From assembly GCA_050174015.1 (NCBI GenBank), contig JBFXKG010000009.1, forward strand, positions 64,001 to 128,000: a stretch of DNA of 64,000 bases. Reading direction: 5' to 3'. Positions 22,706 to 33,332 of the stretch are shown piece after piece. The translations under genes were made by a program, and so were the position numbers. The stretch is from Candidatus Krumholzibacteriia bacterium. Lineage in GTDB: Bacteria > Krumholzibacteriota > Krumholzibacteriia > LZORAL124-64-63. How positions within the stretch are numbered: the stretch's first letter is position 1; each line of letters opens with the position of its first letter. The notes beneath the pieces were generated by a model that did no database searches, was not told the DNA's origin, and saw only the letters and a list, made by a program, of their open reading frames with translations.

Positions 22706-23107
22706 GTGGCGACTGCCAAGGACAAACGGGGCAAGGCACGCAAGGCCAAGTTGAAACTGGATTCGGTGGGCGTCGCCCACGTGAAGTCCAGCTTCAACAA
22801 CACCCTCATCACCATGACCGACCTGCAGGGCAACGTGATCACGTGGTCCTCGGGCGGGCACCAGGGCCGGTACAAGGGCAGCCGCAAGTCGACCGCCTTC
22901 GCCGCCCAGCTCGCCGCCAGGTTCTGCGCCCAGGAAGTCATTTCCGGCGGGATGCGCAAGGTCGAGGTGTGGATCAAGGGTCCCGGGTCGGGCCGCGAGG
23001 CCGCCGTCCGGAGCCTGAAGGCCGAGGGCCTGGAAGTGACCAGGATCAAGGACTGCACTGCCATTCCCCACAACGGCTGCCGGCCCAAGAAGCGCCGTCG
23101 GCTGTAA
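22706..23107 (+). CDS. rpsK: 30S ribosomal protein S11
   Basis: SFNNT...GSRKST...KGPGSGRE...IPHNGCRP. Confidence 0.98.
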   Translation: MATAKDKRGKARKAKLKLDSVGVAHVKSSFNNTLITMTDLQGNVITWSSGGHQGRYKGSRKSTAFAAQLAARFCAQEVISGGMRKVEVWIKGPGSGREAAVRSLKAEGLEVTRIKDCTAIPHNGCRPKKRRRL

Positions 23108-23164
23108 TTCCTAACTAGCGGGCGGTCCGGACGAGAAACCCGACCGTTCAGGAGGTTCATCAGA

Positions 23165-23794
23165 ATGGCCAGGTACACAGGCGCAAAGTGCAAGCTTTGC
23201 CGTCGTGAGGGGATGAAGCTTTTTCTCAAGGGCGAAAGGTGCTACAGCAGCTCCTGTGCCATCGAGCGCCGGCCGTACGGGCCGGGCGAGCATGGCCGTC
23301 GCCGCGGGCGTAAACCCTCGGACTACAAACTTCAGCTTCGTGAGAAGCAGAAGGTTCGTGCGATCTACGGCGTCCTGGAGCGTCAGTTCCGTCTGTACTT
23401 CGCCGAGGCGAACAGGCGGAAGGGCGCGACGGGTGAGAATCTCTTCAACCTTCTGGAGAAGCGTCTGGACAACGTCGTCTACCGGCTGGGCTTCGCGCCC
23501 TCCCGGGCGTCGGCCCGCCAGCTCATCCGGCACAAGCACATCCTCGTGGACGAGACCGTCTGCGACATCCCCAGCCGCCAGGTGCGCGTGGGGCAGACCG
23601 TGATGGTGCGCGTCAAGAGCCAGAACATTCCCCAGATCGTCACCTCCATCAAGGATTCCGCCAAGCGGGACAAGCTCCCCTTCGTCGAAAGCGACGGAAA
23701 GAAGATGCAGGGCCGTCTGTTGTCCGAACCCCAGCTGAGTGATCTGCCCATCCCGATCCAGGAGAACCTGATCGTGGAGCTCTACTCGAAGTAA
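23165..23794 (+). CDS. rpsD: 30S ribosomal protein S4
   Basis: MARYTG.KCKLCRREG...QLREKQK...RLDNVVYRLG...IVELYSK. Confidence 0.98.
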   Translation: MARYTGAKCKLCRREGMKLFLKGERCYSSSCAIERRPYGPGEHGRRRGRKPSDYKLQLREKQKVRAIYGVLERQFRLYFAEANRRKGATGENLFNLLEKRLDNVVYRLGFAPSRASARQLIRHKHILVDETVCDIPSRQVRVGQTVMVRVKSQNIPQIVTSIKDSAKRDKLPFVESDGKKMQGRLLSEPQLSDLPIPIQENLIVELYSK

Positions 23795-23815
23795 GTCGTT
23801 ACCTGAGAGGAAGGG

Positions 23816-24826
23816 ATGGAGATACTTATGAAGTGGGTCAACATGATGATGCCCGACGGGGTGAAGGTGGCCAAGGAGTCCCAGTCGGACCACTATGCCG
23901 AGATCGAGATCGCTCCCCTGGAGCGCGGATTCGGGCATACCCTGGGCAACGCCTTGCGCCGCACCCTGCTCTCCTCGATCCACAGCCACGGCATCACCGC
24001 CGTGCAGATCGAGGGCGTCAAGCACGAGCTGAGCACGATTCCCGGCGTCCTCGAGGACGTCACGGACATCGTCCTGAATCTGAAGCAGGTGGTCTTCAAG
24101 CTCTCCGACGCGCCGTCCGGCTGGGCCGCCATCGACGCCACCGGCCCCGGAGTGGTCACGGCCTCGCTGATCGCCGGTCACCCGGACCTGGAAGTCGCCA
24201 ACCCCGACCACGTGATCTGCACCCTCACCGAGGAGCAGGACTTCAGCTGCCGGCTGTTCGTCGATATCGGCCGCAACTACGTGGACCGGGAGTCCCACGT
24301 GATCCCCGACGAGGTGATCGGCGTGATCCGCATGGACACGAACTTCTCCCCGGTGCGCAAGGTCAGCTTCCGGGTCGAGGACACCCGTGTCGGCCAGCGG
24401 ACCGACTACGACAAGCTCGTCCTCGGCATCACCACCAACGGTGCGGTGCGTCCCGAGGATGCGGTGGGCTTCGCGGCCAAGCTGCTCAAGGACCAGCTGC
24501 AGCTGTTCATCAACTTCGACGAGGCGCCCATCGACGCGCAGGAGATCGAAGTCAACGAGGAGCAGGTGCGCCTGGTCGAGCTGCTGGGGCGGAACGTGGA
24601 GGAGCTGGAGCTCTCGGTGCGTTCGGCCAACTGCCTGAAGTCGGGCCACATCAAGACCCTGTTCGACCTCGTCACCAAGAGCGAGCAGGAGATGCTCAAG
24701 TTCCGCAACTTCGGGCGCAAGAGCCTGAACGAGATCTCCGAGATCCTCGAGGGCATGAACCTGCAGTTCGGCATGGCCTTCGACCCCGAGATCGCCGAGA
24801 AGATCCGGGAGCGCACGGGCTCCTGA
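23816..24826 (+). CDS. rpoA: RNA polymerase alpha subunit
   Basis: PLERGFGHTLGNALRRTLLSS...RVGQRTDYDKL...LSVRSANCL...NFGRKSLNEI; exact start Met uncertain. Confidence 0.98.
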   Translation: MEILMKWVNMMMPDGVKVAKESQSDHYAEIEIAPLERGFGHTLGNALRRTLLSSIHSHGITAVQIEGVKHELSTIPGVLEDVTDIVLNLKQVVFKLSDAPSGWAAIDATGPGVVTASLIAGHPDLEVANPDHVICTLTEEQDFSCRLFVDIGRNYVDRESHVIPDEVIGVIRMDTNFSPVRKVSFRVEDTRVGQRTDYDKLVLGITTNGAVRPEDAVGFAAKLLKDQLQLFINFDEAPIDAQEIEVNEEQVRLVELLGRNVEELELSVRSANCLKSGHIKTLFDLVTKSEQEMLKFRNFGRKSLNEISEILEGMNLQFGMAFDPEIAEKIRERTGS

Positions 24827-24906
24827 TGACCACGCGGCCCCGTGCCGACGCAGCCTGCGGCCGGCGAGTCCGGCCGACGCGAGATACGACAAGGATGGAA
24901 TGAGTC

Positions 24907-25443
24907 ATGCGACACAACGTCAGTGGACGCAAGCTGAACCGCACTCCGGCGCACCGGAAGATGCTTTACCGCAACCTGGTGACCTCGCTGTTCAAGCACG
25001 AGCGCATCCAGACCACCGTGCCCAAGGCCAAGGAAGCCCGCTCGCTCGCCGAGAAGCTGATCACCTTCGCCAAGCGCGGGGATCTGCATGCCCGGCGCAT
25101 GGCGGCCCGCAAGGTCAACGAGCCGGCGGTCCTGGCCAAGCTGTTCGAGGAGATCGGTCCCCGGTATTCGGAGCGTCCGGGCGGTTACACGCGCATCATG
25201 CGCCTGGGCAACCGCAAGGGCGACAACGCCGAACTGGCGATCCTGGAGCTGGTGGACACCAAGAAACGTCCCAAGGTGACCGATACGATGAAGCGCAAGC
25301 GCGCCCGCAAGATCCTCGAGGCCGAGGAGAGGGCGGAGGCCAAGGCCGCCCTGCTGGAGCAGGCCGAGGAGAAGGCCGCGGAGCAGGCCGAGGAGTCCGC
25401 TCCCGAAGTCGAGTCGAAGGACGAGGAGAAGAAGGAGGACTAG
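24907..25443 (+). CDS. rplQ: 50S ribosomal protein L17 with acidic C-terminal extension
   Basis: MRH...RKLNR...TTVPKAKE...RPGGYTRI. Confidence 0.98.
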   Translation: MRHNVSGRKLNRTPAHRKMLYRNLVTSLFKHERIQTTVPKAKEARSLAEKLITFAKRGDLHARRMAARKVNEPAVLAKLFEEIGPRYSERPGGYTRIMRLGNRKGDNAELAILELVDTKKRPKVTDTMKRKRARKILEAEERAEAKAALLEQAEEKAAEQAEESAPEVESKDEEKKED

Positions 25444-25535
25444 TTCCCTCCACTCGCCGCTCCCCGACTCCGGGGCTGGGCCGGTTCGCCGCGCCCCCCG
25501 ACCGAACCGGATGCGGTGCTCGTCCAACCAAGGGA

Positions 25536-25570
25536 ACCCCCGGCGGGTCCACCGCCGGGGGTGTCTCTTT
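25536..25570 (+). terminator. Intrinsic terminator ending the ribosomal superoperon
   Basis: ACCCCCGGCGG-GTCCA-CCGCCGGGGGT 11-bp stem followed by GTCTCTTT. Confidence 0.7.
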
Positions 25571-25772
25571 GTCCCCGATCCGTCAACGGAAACGGGCCTT
25601 CAATCTCCAAGCTTGATACTCCCGGGGGATTGGCCTAATTTCACCTGAAACGGAGCATTTGCTGCGGGCCGGCCGTTCGGCTGCCGCCCGTTTTTTCCAT
25701 GGGTTCCGCCGGCCGGCGAGCCGCCGCCGTCATCCCCGGATTCCACGCCACCCTCCCACGGAGGAATCGACC

Positions 25773-26780
25773 ATGGCCGCAAGGACGCTACTCACCGCCG
25801 GCATCACCGGGGTGGGCATGAGTTATCCCGATCGCATCATGACGAACCATGACCTGGAAAAGCTGGTCGAGACCAACGACCAGTGGATCATCGAGCGGAC
25901 GGGGATCAGGGAGCGCCGGATCGCCGACAAGGGCACCGGGGCGTCCTTCCACGGCGCCAAGGCCGCCCTGCAGGCGCTGGAGCGCGCCGGCGCGAAGCCG
26001 GAGGAGGTCGACCAGATCATCGTGCCCACGGTCACCCCGGACATGGTCTTCCCCGCCACAGCCTGCCTGATCGCCGACCTGATCGGCGCGAAGAACGCCT
26101 GGGGTTACGACCTGGAGGCGGCCTGCAGCGGCTTCCTCTTCGCGCTCCAGAACGCCCGGGCCCAGGTGGAGACCGGTGCGGCGGCGAAGGTCCTGGTCAT
26201 CGGCTCGGAGGTGATGTCCGCCATCCTGGACTGGGAGGACCGCAACACCTGCATCCTCTTCGGGGACGGGGCGGGGGCGGTCCTGGTCGAGAGCGTCGAC
26301 CCCGGGCGCGGCGGCATCATCGACGCCGTCAACGGCGTGGACGGGAAGGGCGCCCAGTTCCTCTACCAGACCGCCGGCGGCAGCCGGGTTCCCGCCAGCG
26401 TGGAGTCGGTCCAGGCGCGGCAGCACTTCGTCCACCAGGAGGGCCGGGAGGTCTTCAAGTTCGCGGTCAAGGGCATGGCCGCCGTGACGGAGCAGGTTCT
26501 CGAACGGAACGGATTCACCGGCGAGGACGTCAAGCTGCTGGTCCCCCACCAGGCCAACAACCGCATCATCGAGGCCACCCAGAGGCGGATCGGACTCCGG
26601 GACGACCAGGTCATGGTGACCATCGACAGGTTCGGCAACACGACCGCCGCCAGCATCCCCATGGCCCTGTGCATCGGCCTGGAAGAGGGGCGACTCCAGG
26701 AGGGGGATCTGGTCGTGCTGTGCGCCTTCGGCGCGGGGTTCACCTGGGGCGCGACCTTGCTGCGCTGGACCGCGGCGTGA
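25773..26780 (+). CDS. fabH: 3-oxoacyl-ACP synthase III
   Basis: GGAGG SD; WIIERTGI.ERR, AACSGF (Cys), PHQAN (His), GNTTAAS (Asn), FGAGFTWG. Confidence 0.95.
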   Translation: MAARTLLTAGITGVGMSYPDRIMTNHDLEKLVETNDQWIIERTGIRERRIADKGTGASFHGAKAALQALERAGAKPEEVDQIIVPTVTPDMVFPATACLIADLIGAKNAWGYDLEAACSGFLFALQNARAQVETGAAAKVLVIGSEVMSAILDWEDRNTCILFGDGAGAVLVESVDPGRGGIIDAVNGVDGKGAQFLYQTAGGSRVPASVESVQARQHFVHQEGREVFKFAVKGMAAVTEQVLERNGFTGEDVKLLVPHQANNRIIEATQRRIGLRDDQVMVTIDRFGNTTAASIPMALCIGLEEGRLQEGDLVVLCAFGAGFTWGATLLRWTAA

Positions 26781-26821
26781 GGCGGGGGGAGAGTTCCGGG
26801 CCTTTCCTGCATGGTGAGCCG

Positions 26822-27805
26822 ATGATCGAAGTCCAGAAATTGTCGAGGAAGTTCGGTCCGATCTGGGCCCTGCGCAACGTTTCCTTCGCGGTCGGAGGGG
26901 GCGAGATCGTCGGTTTCCTGGGACCGAACGGGGCCGGCAAGACCACCACGATGAGGATCCTCACCGGCTCGCTGGCTCCCACGGCGGGCTATGCCAGGGT
27001 GGCGGGCTTCGACATCCTCGACCGGCCGCTCGAGGTCCGCCGGCGGATCGGCTTCATGCCGGAACACGCCGCCCTGCACCCGGACCAGAGCGTCCGGGCC
27101 TATCTCGATTTCGTCGCCGACGTCAAGGGCGTGCCGCCGAACCTGCGGCGCCCACGTCTGGACTGGGTGCTCGAGCGCACCGGGTTGACCGGGGTGGCGG
27201 GCAAGCTGGTGGGCAACCTTTCCCAGGGTTTCCGCAAGCGGGCCTGCCTGGCCCAGGCCCTGGTCGGCGACCCCGACGTCCTGATCCTGGACGAACCCAC
27301 CAGCGGACTTGACCCCCACCAGATCGTCGAGATCCGCGAGCTGATCCGCAGTTTCCGGGGCAAACGCACGGTCCTGTTCAGCAGCCACATCCTGTCGGAG
27401 GTCGGCGCCGTCTGCCAGCGGGTCCTGATCCTCAACGGAGGGCGCCTGGTCGGGCAGAACGGCAGCGAGGGGCTGGACGCCGCCGACCTGGCCCGGATCC
27501 CGGCGGGCAAGCCTCGGGTCGTGCTCAGTTGGGACGGCAACCGCGAGGGGGTCGAGGCGGCCCTGCGCGGGGTGACCGGGGTCGACGACATCCTCCTGAC
27601 CGAGTCGGGCGCCGAGGTCCTCATCGCGGGCAACCCCGTGGAGATCCGGCCCAAGCTGGTCGAGTCCGTCGTCAATGCCGGCGGCCTGCTCCAGAACCTC
27701 CATGACAAGGGTCCCAGCCTCGAGGATCTCTTCCTGCGCCTGACCGGGGCGGACGTTCCGGAGGCCGGGGAGCCGGGGAACGGATCGGCGGGGGAGGAGC
27801 CATGA
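26822..27805 (+). CDS. ABC transporter ATP-binding protein (GldA-like)
   Basis: GPNGAGKTTTM, LSQGFRKR, LILDEPTSGLDPHQIVEIR, FSSH. Confidence 0.9.
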   Translation: MIEVQKLSRKFGPIWALRNVSFAVGGGEIVGFLGPNGAGKTTTMRILTGSLAPTAGYARVAGFDILDRPLEVRRRIGFMPEHAALHPDQSVRAYLDFVADVKGVPPNLRRPRLDWVLERTGLTGVAGKLVGNLSQGFRKRACLAQALVGDPDVLILDEPTSGLDPHQIVEIRELIRSFRGKRTVLFSSHILSEVGAVCQRVLILNGGRLVGQNGSEGLDAADLARIPAGKPRVVLSWDGNREGVEAALRGVTGVDDILLTESGAEVLIAGNPVEIRPKLVESVVNAGGLLQNLHDKGPSLEDLFLRLTGADVPEAGEPGNGSAGEEP

Positions 27806-29991
27806 GGGCGGCGGCGGCCATCATGCGCCGGGAGATCGGCGCCTTCTTCCACGGCCCCATGGGGCCGGTGGTGCTCGGCGGGTTCCTGGTCGCGGTGGGT
27901 CTGTTCTTCACCAACTACCTGTTCGGCTACAGCGAGCTGTCCATGACCGCCCTGCAGACGCCCCGCTCCGGCAACTACCTGAACCTGGCCGAGGGCATCT
28001 TCCGCCCCCTGGTCTCCGTCACCGCCTTCTTCCTGATGTTCCTGGTGCCCGCGATCACCATGCGGACCTTCGCTCCCGAGTTCCAGTCCGGCCGCTTCGA
28101 CCTGATGGCCAGCTGGCCGGTGACCGACGGGACCTGGATCGCCGCCAAGTGGGCGGCCTCGCTCGCCATCGGCGCCGTGATGGTCCTCTGCAGCCTGGCC
28201 TACTTCGCGGTGGTCTGGTTCCTGGGCTCTCCCGAACCCGGCCCGGCGTTCACGGCGATCCTGGGCGAGGTGCTGCTGATCGCGGCCCTGGCCGGGTGGG
28301 GCGTGCTGGCTTCGGCCCTCTTCGCCCACCAGATGGTGGCCTACTTCCTGGCCTTCGTGGTTTCGCTGATGTTCTTCCTGGTGGGATCGGTGGAACGCTA
28401 CGCCCCCGGTCCGGCGGGCCGCATCGCCGGGGAACTCTCGATCCTCGAGCACTTCGAGAGCTTCACCCTGGGCGTGCTGGATTTGCAGGACGTCCTGTAC
28501 TTCGTCCTGATGGCCGCGGCGCCCTTGACGGCCGCCGCCGCGGTGCTGGCGGGACGCCGTCTGCCCCGCAGGCGCGGCTTGCCGGTCTGGGCGCCCCCGA
28601 CCCTGGTCCTGGCCCTCTGCGTGGTCGTCTACCTGCTCGGGCTGCAGTTCCCCTGGTCCCGGGACCTGACGGGGAACCGGCGGTACAGCCTGGCCCCGCA
28701 GACGGTGAAGGTCCTCGAGAGCCTGGGGGACGGCCTGGACGTCCTGGAATCCGCGGCCCCGGGGACGGGAACGGCGGCGGAAGAGGATGGCGTCATGGTC
28801 TACGCCTTCTACCAGCCCCTGGACCCGGCCTGGGACACGACCGAGGGCCTCCTGACCTCCTGCGCCCGGACCTCCCGGCACTTCAGGTTCCGCATGGTCG
28901 ATCCGGAGTCGGACCTGGACCTGGTGCGGGAATTCGACGTGACCGTCACGCGCACGGTCATCGTCTCGGCGGGCGGGCGCTGGGTCTCCCTGCTGCAGCC
29001 AGAGGAAAGCGCCCTGATCAATGCGGTCTACCGTCTGGTCACCGGGGAGCGCAGCCAGGTGCGGCAGCTTCAGGGGCACGGCGAGCACCAGCTGGAAAGC
29101 GACGAGCGCCCGGGCTACTCGAGTTACGGGCAGCTGATGCAGGAGCAGGGGTACGACGTGCGGCCCCTGTTCCTCGCCGAGAATCCGGTGGTTCCCCGGG
29201 ACTGCGACGTCCTGGTCATCGCCGGACCGCGCACCCAGCCTGCGACAGGAGAGCTGGACGCCGTCACGGATTTCCTGCGGCGGGGGGGCGCGGTGCTGGC
29301 CCTGCTGGACCCGCCCACACCTTCGGAATGGGGGGCCTGGCTCGAGCAGTGGCGGGTCGGCCTGACCGACGCGGTGATCATCGCGGCCGACCGCGCGGAG
29401 CAGCAGTACGGCGTGAGCGCCCGGACGATCGTGGTCTCCGACGGCTACGGGGACCATGAGATCACCCGTCCCCTGCAGGGCATCGCTTCGGTGTTCCCCC
29501 TGGTCCAGCCCCTCACTCTGGTGGGCGAGCCGGACAGCACCATCACCGGGGCGATCCTGCTGCAATCCGGGGACCTGACCTGGGCCGAGTTCGACCCCGT
29601 CACCCGCTTCACCGGCCGGCCGACCTTCGACCGGGCCTCGGACATCCAGGGGCCCCTGCCGTTCGGCATGGTGCTCGAGCTCTACCTCGCCGGGATGGAC
29701 GCCCCGCCGGGCCGCGTGGTGGTCCTGGGCAACAGCGAGTTCGCCAGCAACGCCAACCTGAACCTCGCCGCCAACCGCGACCTTCTCCTGAACATGCTGG
29801 CCTGGCTGGCCCGCGAGGAGGAACTGATGGAGGTGCGGGGCCGCGATCCCCTGAGCCAGCCGGTGGTCCTGGGCGACGACGAGCGGAAGGTCCTGGGCTG
29901 GGGAGCGGCGCTGGGCTGGCCCCTGCTGGTCGGCAGCCTTTTCCTGGGCGTCATGTGGCGCCACCGCCGGCAGACCGGATCGGGGGCGTGA
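27802..29991 (+). CDS. ABC-2 permease (GldF-like) fused to a GldG-like auxiliary domain
   Basis: N-terminal TM helices (REIGAFFHGP...PAITMRTFA.E...HFESF..GVLD); then DLTGNRRYSL, VDP, GHGEH, LVIAGP, NRDLLLN..WL and a C-terminal TM. Confidence 0.85.
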   Translation: MRAAAAIMRREIGAFFHGPMGPVVLGGFLVAVGLFFTNYLFGYSELSMTALQTPRSGNYLNLAEGIFRPLVSVTAFFLMFLVPAITMRTFAPEFQSGRFDLMASWPVTDGTWIAAKWAASLAIGAVMVLCSLAYFAVVWFLGSPEPGPAFTAILGEVLLIAALAGWGVLASALFAHQMVAYFLAFVVSLMFFLVGSVERYAPGPAGRIAGELSILEHFESFTLGVLDLQDVLYFVLMAAAPLTAAAAVLAGRRLPRRRGLPVWAPPTLVLALCVVVYLLGLQFPWSRDLTGNRRYSLAPQTVKVLESLGDGLDVLESAAPGTGTAAEEDGVMVYAFYQPLDPAWDTTEGLLTSCARTSRHFRFRMVDPESDLDLVREFDVTVTRTVIVSAGGRWVSLLQPEESALINAVYRLVTGERSQVRQLQGHGEHQLESDERPGYSSYGQLMQEQGYDVRPLFLAENPVVPRDCDVLVIAGPRTQPATGELDAVTDFLRRGGAVLALLDPPTPSEWGAWLEQWRVGLTDAVIIAADRAEQQYGVSARTIVVSDGYGDHEITRPLQGIASVFPLVQPLTLVGEPDSTITGAILLQSGDLTWAEFDPVTRFTGRPTFDRASDIQGPLPFGMVLELYLAGMDAPPGRVVVLGNSEFASNANLNLAANRDLLLNMLAWLAREEELMEVRGRDPLSQPVVLGDDERKVLGWGAALGWPLLVGSLFLGVMWRHRRQTGSGA

Positions 29992-31559
29992 CCATGAAGG
30001 CCCCATCACCCGGGACCCGGGTCCGCCGGCGCGCAGGCGCCTCCCGCACGGGGGTGCTGGCGCTGATCCTGACCCTGGCCGCGGCGGTCGCGGTCCTGCT
30101 GGCGCTGCGATCCCGCTCCGGGCCCGCCGACCTCGCCCTGGGGGGGCCGCTCCTCCCGGTCGCTCGCGGTGACGTCACGGGCCTGCTGTTGACCCACGGG
30201 GGCGCCCAGTACCGGCTGGACAGGGACCCCGTGGGGCGCTGGAGCCTTTCCGGAGCCATCGGCGACTACCTCGACCAGCAGGCCGTCGGACGCCTGCTCG
30301 ACGACCTCCTGGCGGCCCGGGGCGGGCCCCTGTTGGCCGGCACCGAACCGGGGGACCGCCGCTACGAGTTCAACGGTCCCGACGCCCTGCGGTTGACGGT
30401 GTTTTCGGCGGACCGCGACCCCGTATCCCTGGGTCTGGGGACGTTCAATCCGGTCACCGGGCGTTTCTACGCCACGGGGGCGGGGAGGGCGGCGTGCTTC
30501 ACGGTCGAGGCGGGGCTCAGGGAAAGGCTCGCCCGGTTGCCCGGTTCGGTCCAGCTGAAGACCCTGCTGCCGGTGATTCCGCTGGAAGCGCTCACCGGAC
30601 TGGTTCTCGAGAGGAACGGGAAACCTGCAGTCTTCGCCCGGCGCGACGGCCGGTGGTGGCTGAAGCGCGGACCGGACGGTCTGACGCGCCTGGATCCTCT
30701 GGCCGAGCGCTACCAGCGGTTCTACGGGGACCGGCGGCGGGACGACGCCGACGGCAGCTGGATCCTGGTGTCGGATGCGGCCCTGGGGACGCAGGTCTAC
30801 GAGGTTTCCGAGGTGGTCGTCCGGCAGATCCTTCCCCCCGAGGCCGCCCCCGGATACGCCGAGGCCTGGGGCCTCGACGATCCCTGGCGCCGGGTGGTCC
30901 TGACGGGCCCGGGTCTTGACCCCGATCCGGCAGCCGGGGATCCCGACCGCATGGTGATCGACTTCGGGGAACTCCTCGACGATCAGGTGATCCCCGCCCG
31001 GCGGCGCGGGGTGGTCCTGCTGGCCGACGGGGAGGCCGCGCGCACCCTTGACCAGCCCCTGGAGATCTTCGTCCACCGCACGGCGCTGACCGAACGGGCC
31101 GTCGAGGCCGCCGGCCTCGTCCTGGCAAGGGAAGGGGTCACGGTCCTGGAGGGGACGCGGCGCCGGGAACCTGCCACGGGGGACGGCCGTGAGCTCTGGA
31201 CGACGACCGTTCCCGCCTCAGGCGCGACCGGGATGGAGGAGAGCCGCAGGGCGGCCCTGGCGGGCGAACTGGTCATCGATCTGGATCGTCTGGAGGTCCT
31301 GGCCGTCCTGCCGCCCGTCGCCGATCCGGATATCCTCGAGGAGACCGACAGGGTGCGGTTGACGCTCGAACATGACGAGGGCGGGGAGACGGTCTTCGAG
31401 CTGGGCTACCTCAGGACCGACCGGCTGGATGCCGCCGCCATGGGATCGCTGGAGACCTCGGGGGGCAGGCCGGCTGCGATCCGGCGGCCGGACACCGGCA
31501 GGCTGCTTCAGATCTCCGATTCCCTGATCGTCACGGCCCGGAACCTGGGCAGGCAGTAG
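29988..31559 (+). CDS. Membrane-anchored DUF4340-like protein
   Basis: GTGA overlap (ATG alternative at 29994); single N-terminal TM; repeated W-containing units with YEF/AWGLDDP; typical partner of Gld-like ABC modules. Confidence 0.65.
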   Translation: MTMKAPSPGTRVRRRAGASRTGVLALILTLAAAVAVLLALRSRSGPADLALGGPLLPVARGDVTGLLLTHGGAQYRLDRDPVGRWSLSGAIGDYLDQQAVGRLLDDLLAARGGPLLAGTEPGDRRYEFNGPDALRLTVFSADRDPVSLGLGTFNPVTGRFYATGAGRAACFTVEAGLRERLARLPGSVQLKTLLPVIPLEALTGLVLERNGKPAVFARRDGRWWLKRGPDGLTRLDPLAERYQRFYGDRRRDDADGSWILVSDAALGTQVYEVSEVVVRQILPPEAAPGYAEAWGLDDPWRRVVLTGPGLDPDPAAGDPDRMVIDFGELLDDQVIPARRRGVVLLADGEAARTLDQPLEIFVHRTALTERAVEAAGLVLAREGVTVLEGTRRREPATGDGRELWTTTVPASGATGMEESRRAALAGELVIDLDRLEVLAVLPPVADPDILEETDRVRLTLEHDEGGETVFELGYLRTDRLDAAAMGSLETSGGRPAAIRRPDTGRLLQISDSLIVTARNLGRQ

Positions 31560-31585
31560 GGCGCACCTTCCCGGGGAGCGGACCG

Positions 31586-33115
31586 TCAGGGAGCGGCCCG
31601 CACCCACTGGGGTAGCTGGCGGGACGCCAGGAGTTCTCCGGGCCCCGTGCTTCCGCCGATGGGCGCGGCCTGGGCCAGATCCGAGGTGGACCCGAGATCG
31701 AGCTCCGCCAGCAGCCGGGAATAGCGCCCGGTCAGTTCGTGGAAGTCGGCCATCATGTCGCCGCTCACCGGATGGGCTGCGGGCAGCTTCAACAGACGGG
31801 GATTGACGAACTCCCCGTTCCGCTTGACGCGATAATCGAGGTGGGGGCCGGTGGCGTATCCGGTCGCCCCCACGTAACCGATGATTTCGCCCTGCCTCAC
31901 CTTCGCTCCGGCCTTGATGCCCTTGGCGAAGTTCGCCAGGTGCAGGTAGTAGGTCTCGTATTCGCTGTTGTTGTGGCGGATGTGGACGTACCGTCCGTTC
32001 CCCTTCTTCACGGTGGCGGCGACCACGACGCCGTCGCCCCCGGCGCGGATGGGCGTACCCAGGGGGGCGGCGTAATCGACGCCCAGGTGGGGCATCCACT
32101 TCTTCAGCACCGGATGGAAGCGCCGGTAGGAGAAGTCGCTGCTGATGCGGCTGTATTCCAGGGGCGCGCGCATCAGCTGCTTCTGCAGGTTCTTGCCTTC
32201 GTCGTCGAAGTAGCCGGGACGCCCGTCGGCCGAGCTGAACCGGTAGGCCCGCCGGGTCCGGCCGCGGTTGACGATCTCCAGGGCCTCGACGGCGCCCGTG
32301 CGGACCAGTTCGCCGTCCTTCCAGACCTCTTCGTAGATGATCCTGAAGGTGTCGCCCTTGCGCAGGTCGCGCTTGAAGTCGATGTCCCAGCCCATGATGT
32401 CGTTCATCTTGGCGGCCAGGGCCAAAGGGGCGTCGAGTTCCAGCAAGCTGGCGTAGAGGGAGAGCTGGATGGTTCCGGCCACGCCCCGGGTGCGGTGCTC
32501 GACGGGGTAGGTTCCGTCCACCCGGTCGTAGGTGTCTCCCGAGCGGACCCAGGTCACGTGGCTTTCGAGGTCGAGGTCGAATCCCAGGGCCCTCAGGCCG
32601 CCGTCGGAATCCAGCTGGATGCGGAAGACGTCGCCGGACTTCACCTTGGTCAGGTTGCGGAAGGGCTTGCAGGCCTTCACCAGGGCCATGATGTCCCCGT
32701 GGGGCACCCCCCGCGCCGACAGGGCATCGTAGAAGGTCTCCCGCTTGCCGATCACCATCTCGGTCCGACCGGGCTCATCCCGGTTCAGGGGTCCGAGCTG
32801 GGCGGTGGGAAGACCGCGGGCCAGAAGGCCCTCCTCCTGGAATTCGGCCAGCCAGGCCTGGGCGCTGCCGGGAGCCCCGGGCTCGCGCGACAGATCGACG
32901 TCGCCGGCTGTCGATGGGGGGAGCGAACCCACCAGGATCTCGCTGGGCCCTCCCTGGCCGTTCTCGGGTGGCGGTTCCGGGGGGGTGGAGTTGAGCAGCC
33001 CGATGCCGATCACGAGCAAGCCGGTCCCCAGGGCGACCGACGCTGGCATCAGCAGCCGGGCCGTTCTATGTGTACTTTTCCGTGTGTCCAGGATCCGTCC
33101 TCCAGGTGGGGCCAT
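31586..33115 (-). CDS. M23 family peptidoglycan DD-metalloendopeptidase (MepM-like)
   Basis: N-terminal TM; DIDF..DLRKGD.F; RISS.F...RFHPVL; HLGVDY; YYLHL; ATGPHLDY; start uncertain (33049-33115). Confidence 0.9.
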   Translation of the reverse strand: MAPPGGRILDTRKSTHRTARLLMPASVALGTGLLVIGIGLLNSTPPEPPPENGQGGPSEILVGSLPPSTAGDVDLSREPGAPGSAQAWLAEFQEEGLLARGLPTAQLGPLNRDEPGRTEMVIGKRETFYDALSARGVPHGDIMALVKACKPFRNLTKVKSGDVFRIQLDSDGGLRALGFDLDLESHVTWVRSGDTYDRVDGTYPVEHRTRGVAGTIQLSLYASLLELDAPLALAAKMNDIMGWDIDFKRDLRKGDTFRIIYEEVWKDGELVRTGAVEALEIVNRGRTRRAYRFSSADGRPGYFDDEGKNLQKQLMRAPLEYSRISSDFSYRRFHPVLKKWMPHLGVDYAAPLGTPIRAGGDGVVVAATVKKGNGRYVHIRHNNSEYETYYLHLANFAKGIKAGAKVRQGEIIGYVGATGYATGPHLDYRVKRNGEFVNPRLLKLPAAHPVSGDMMADFHELTGRYSRLLAELDLGSTSDLAQAAPIGGSTGPGELLASRQLPQWVRAAP

Positions 33116-33332
33116 CCTTGGCGGATGGCGGGTCCGTGTATGAAAATTGCACCAGTCCGCCCATGGTTCGCAAGGCTTTTTTCCCCAATCGAGGTTCCGT
33201 TCGTCCATTGTGACGGATCGCGGGCCATGCTAGCATGATTGCGACCATTGCAGGATGCCCCTGCTAACCCCGCCCCGCGGGGGATTTTGCCGGAATCCGG
33301 GGCCCGGGGGGCCCTTACCGGAGGTCAGGACC

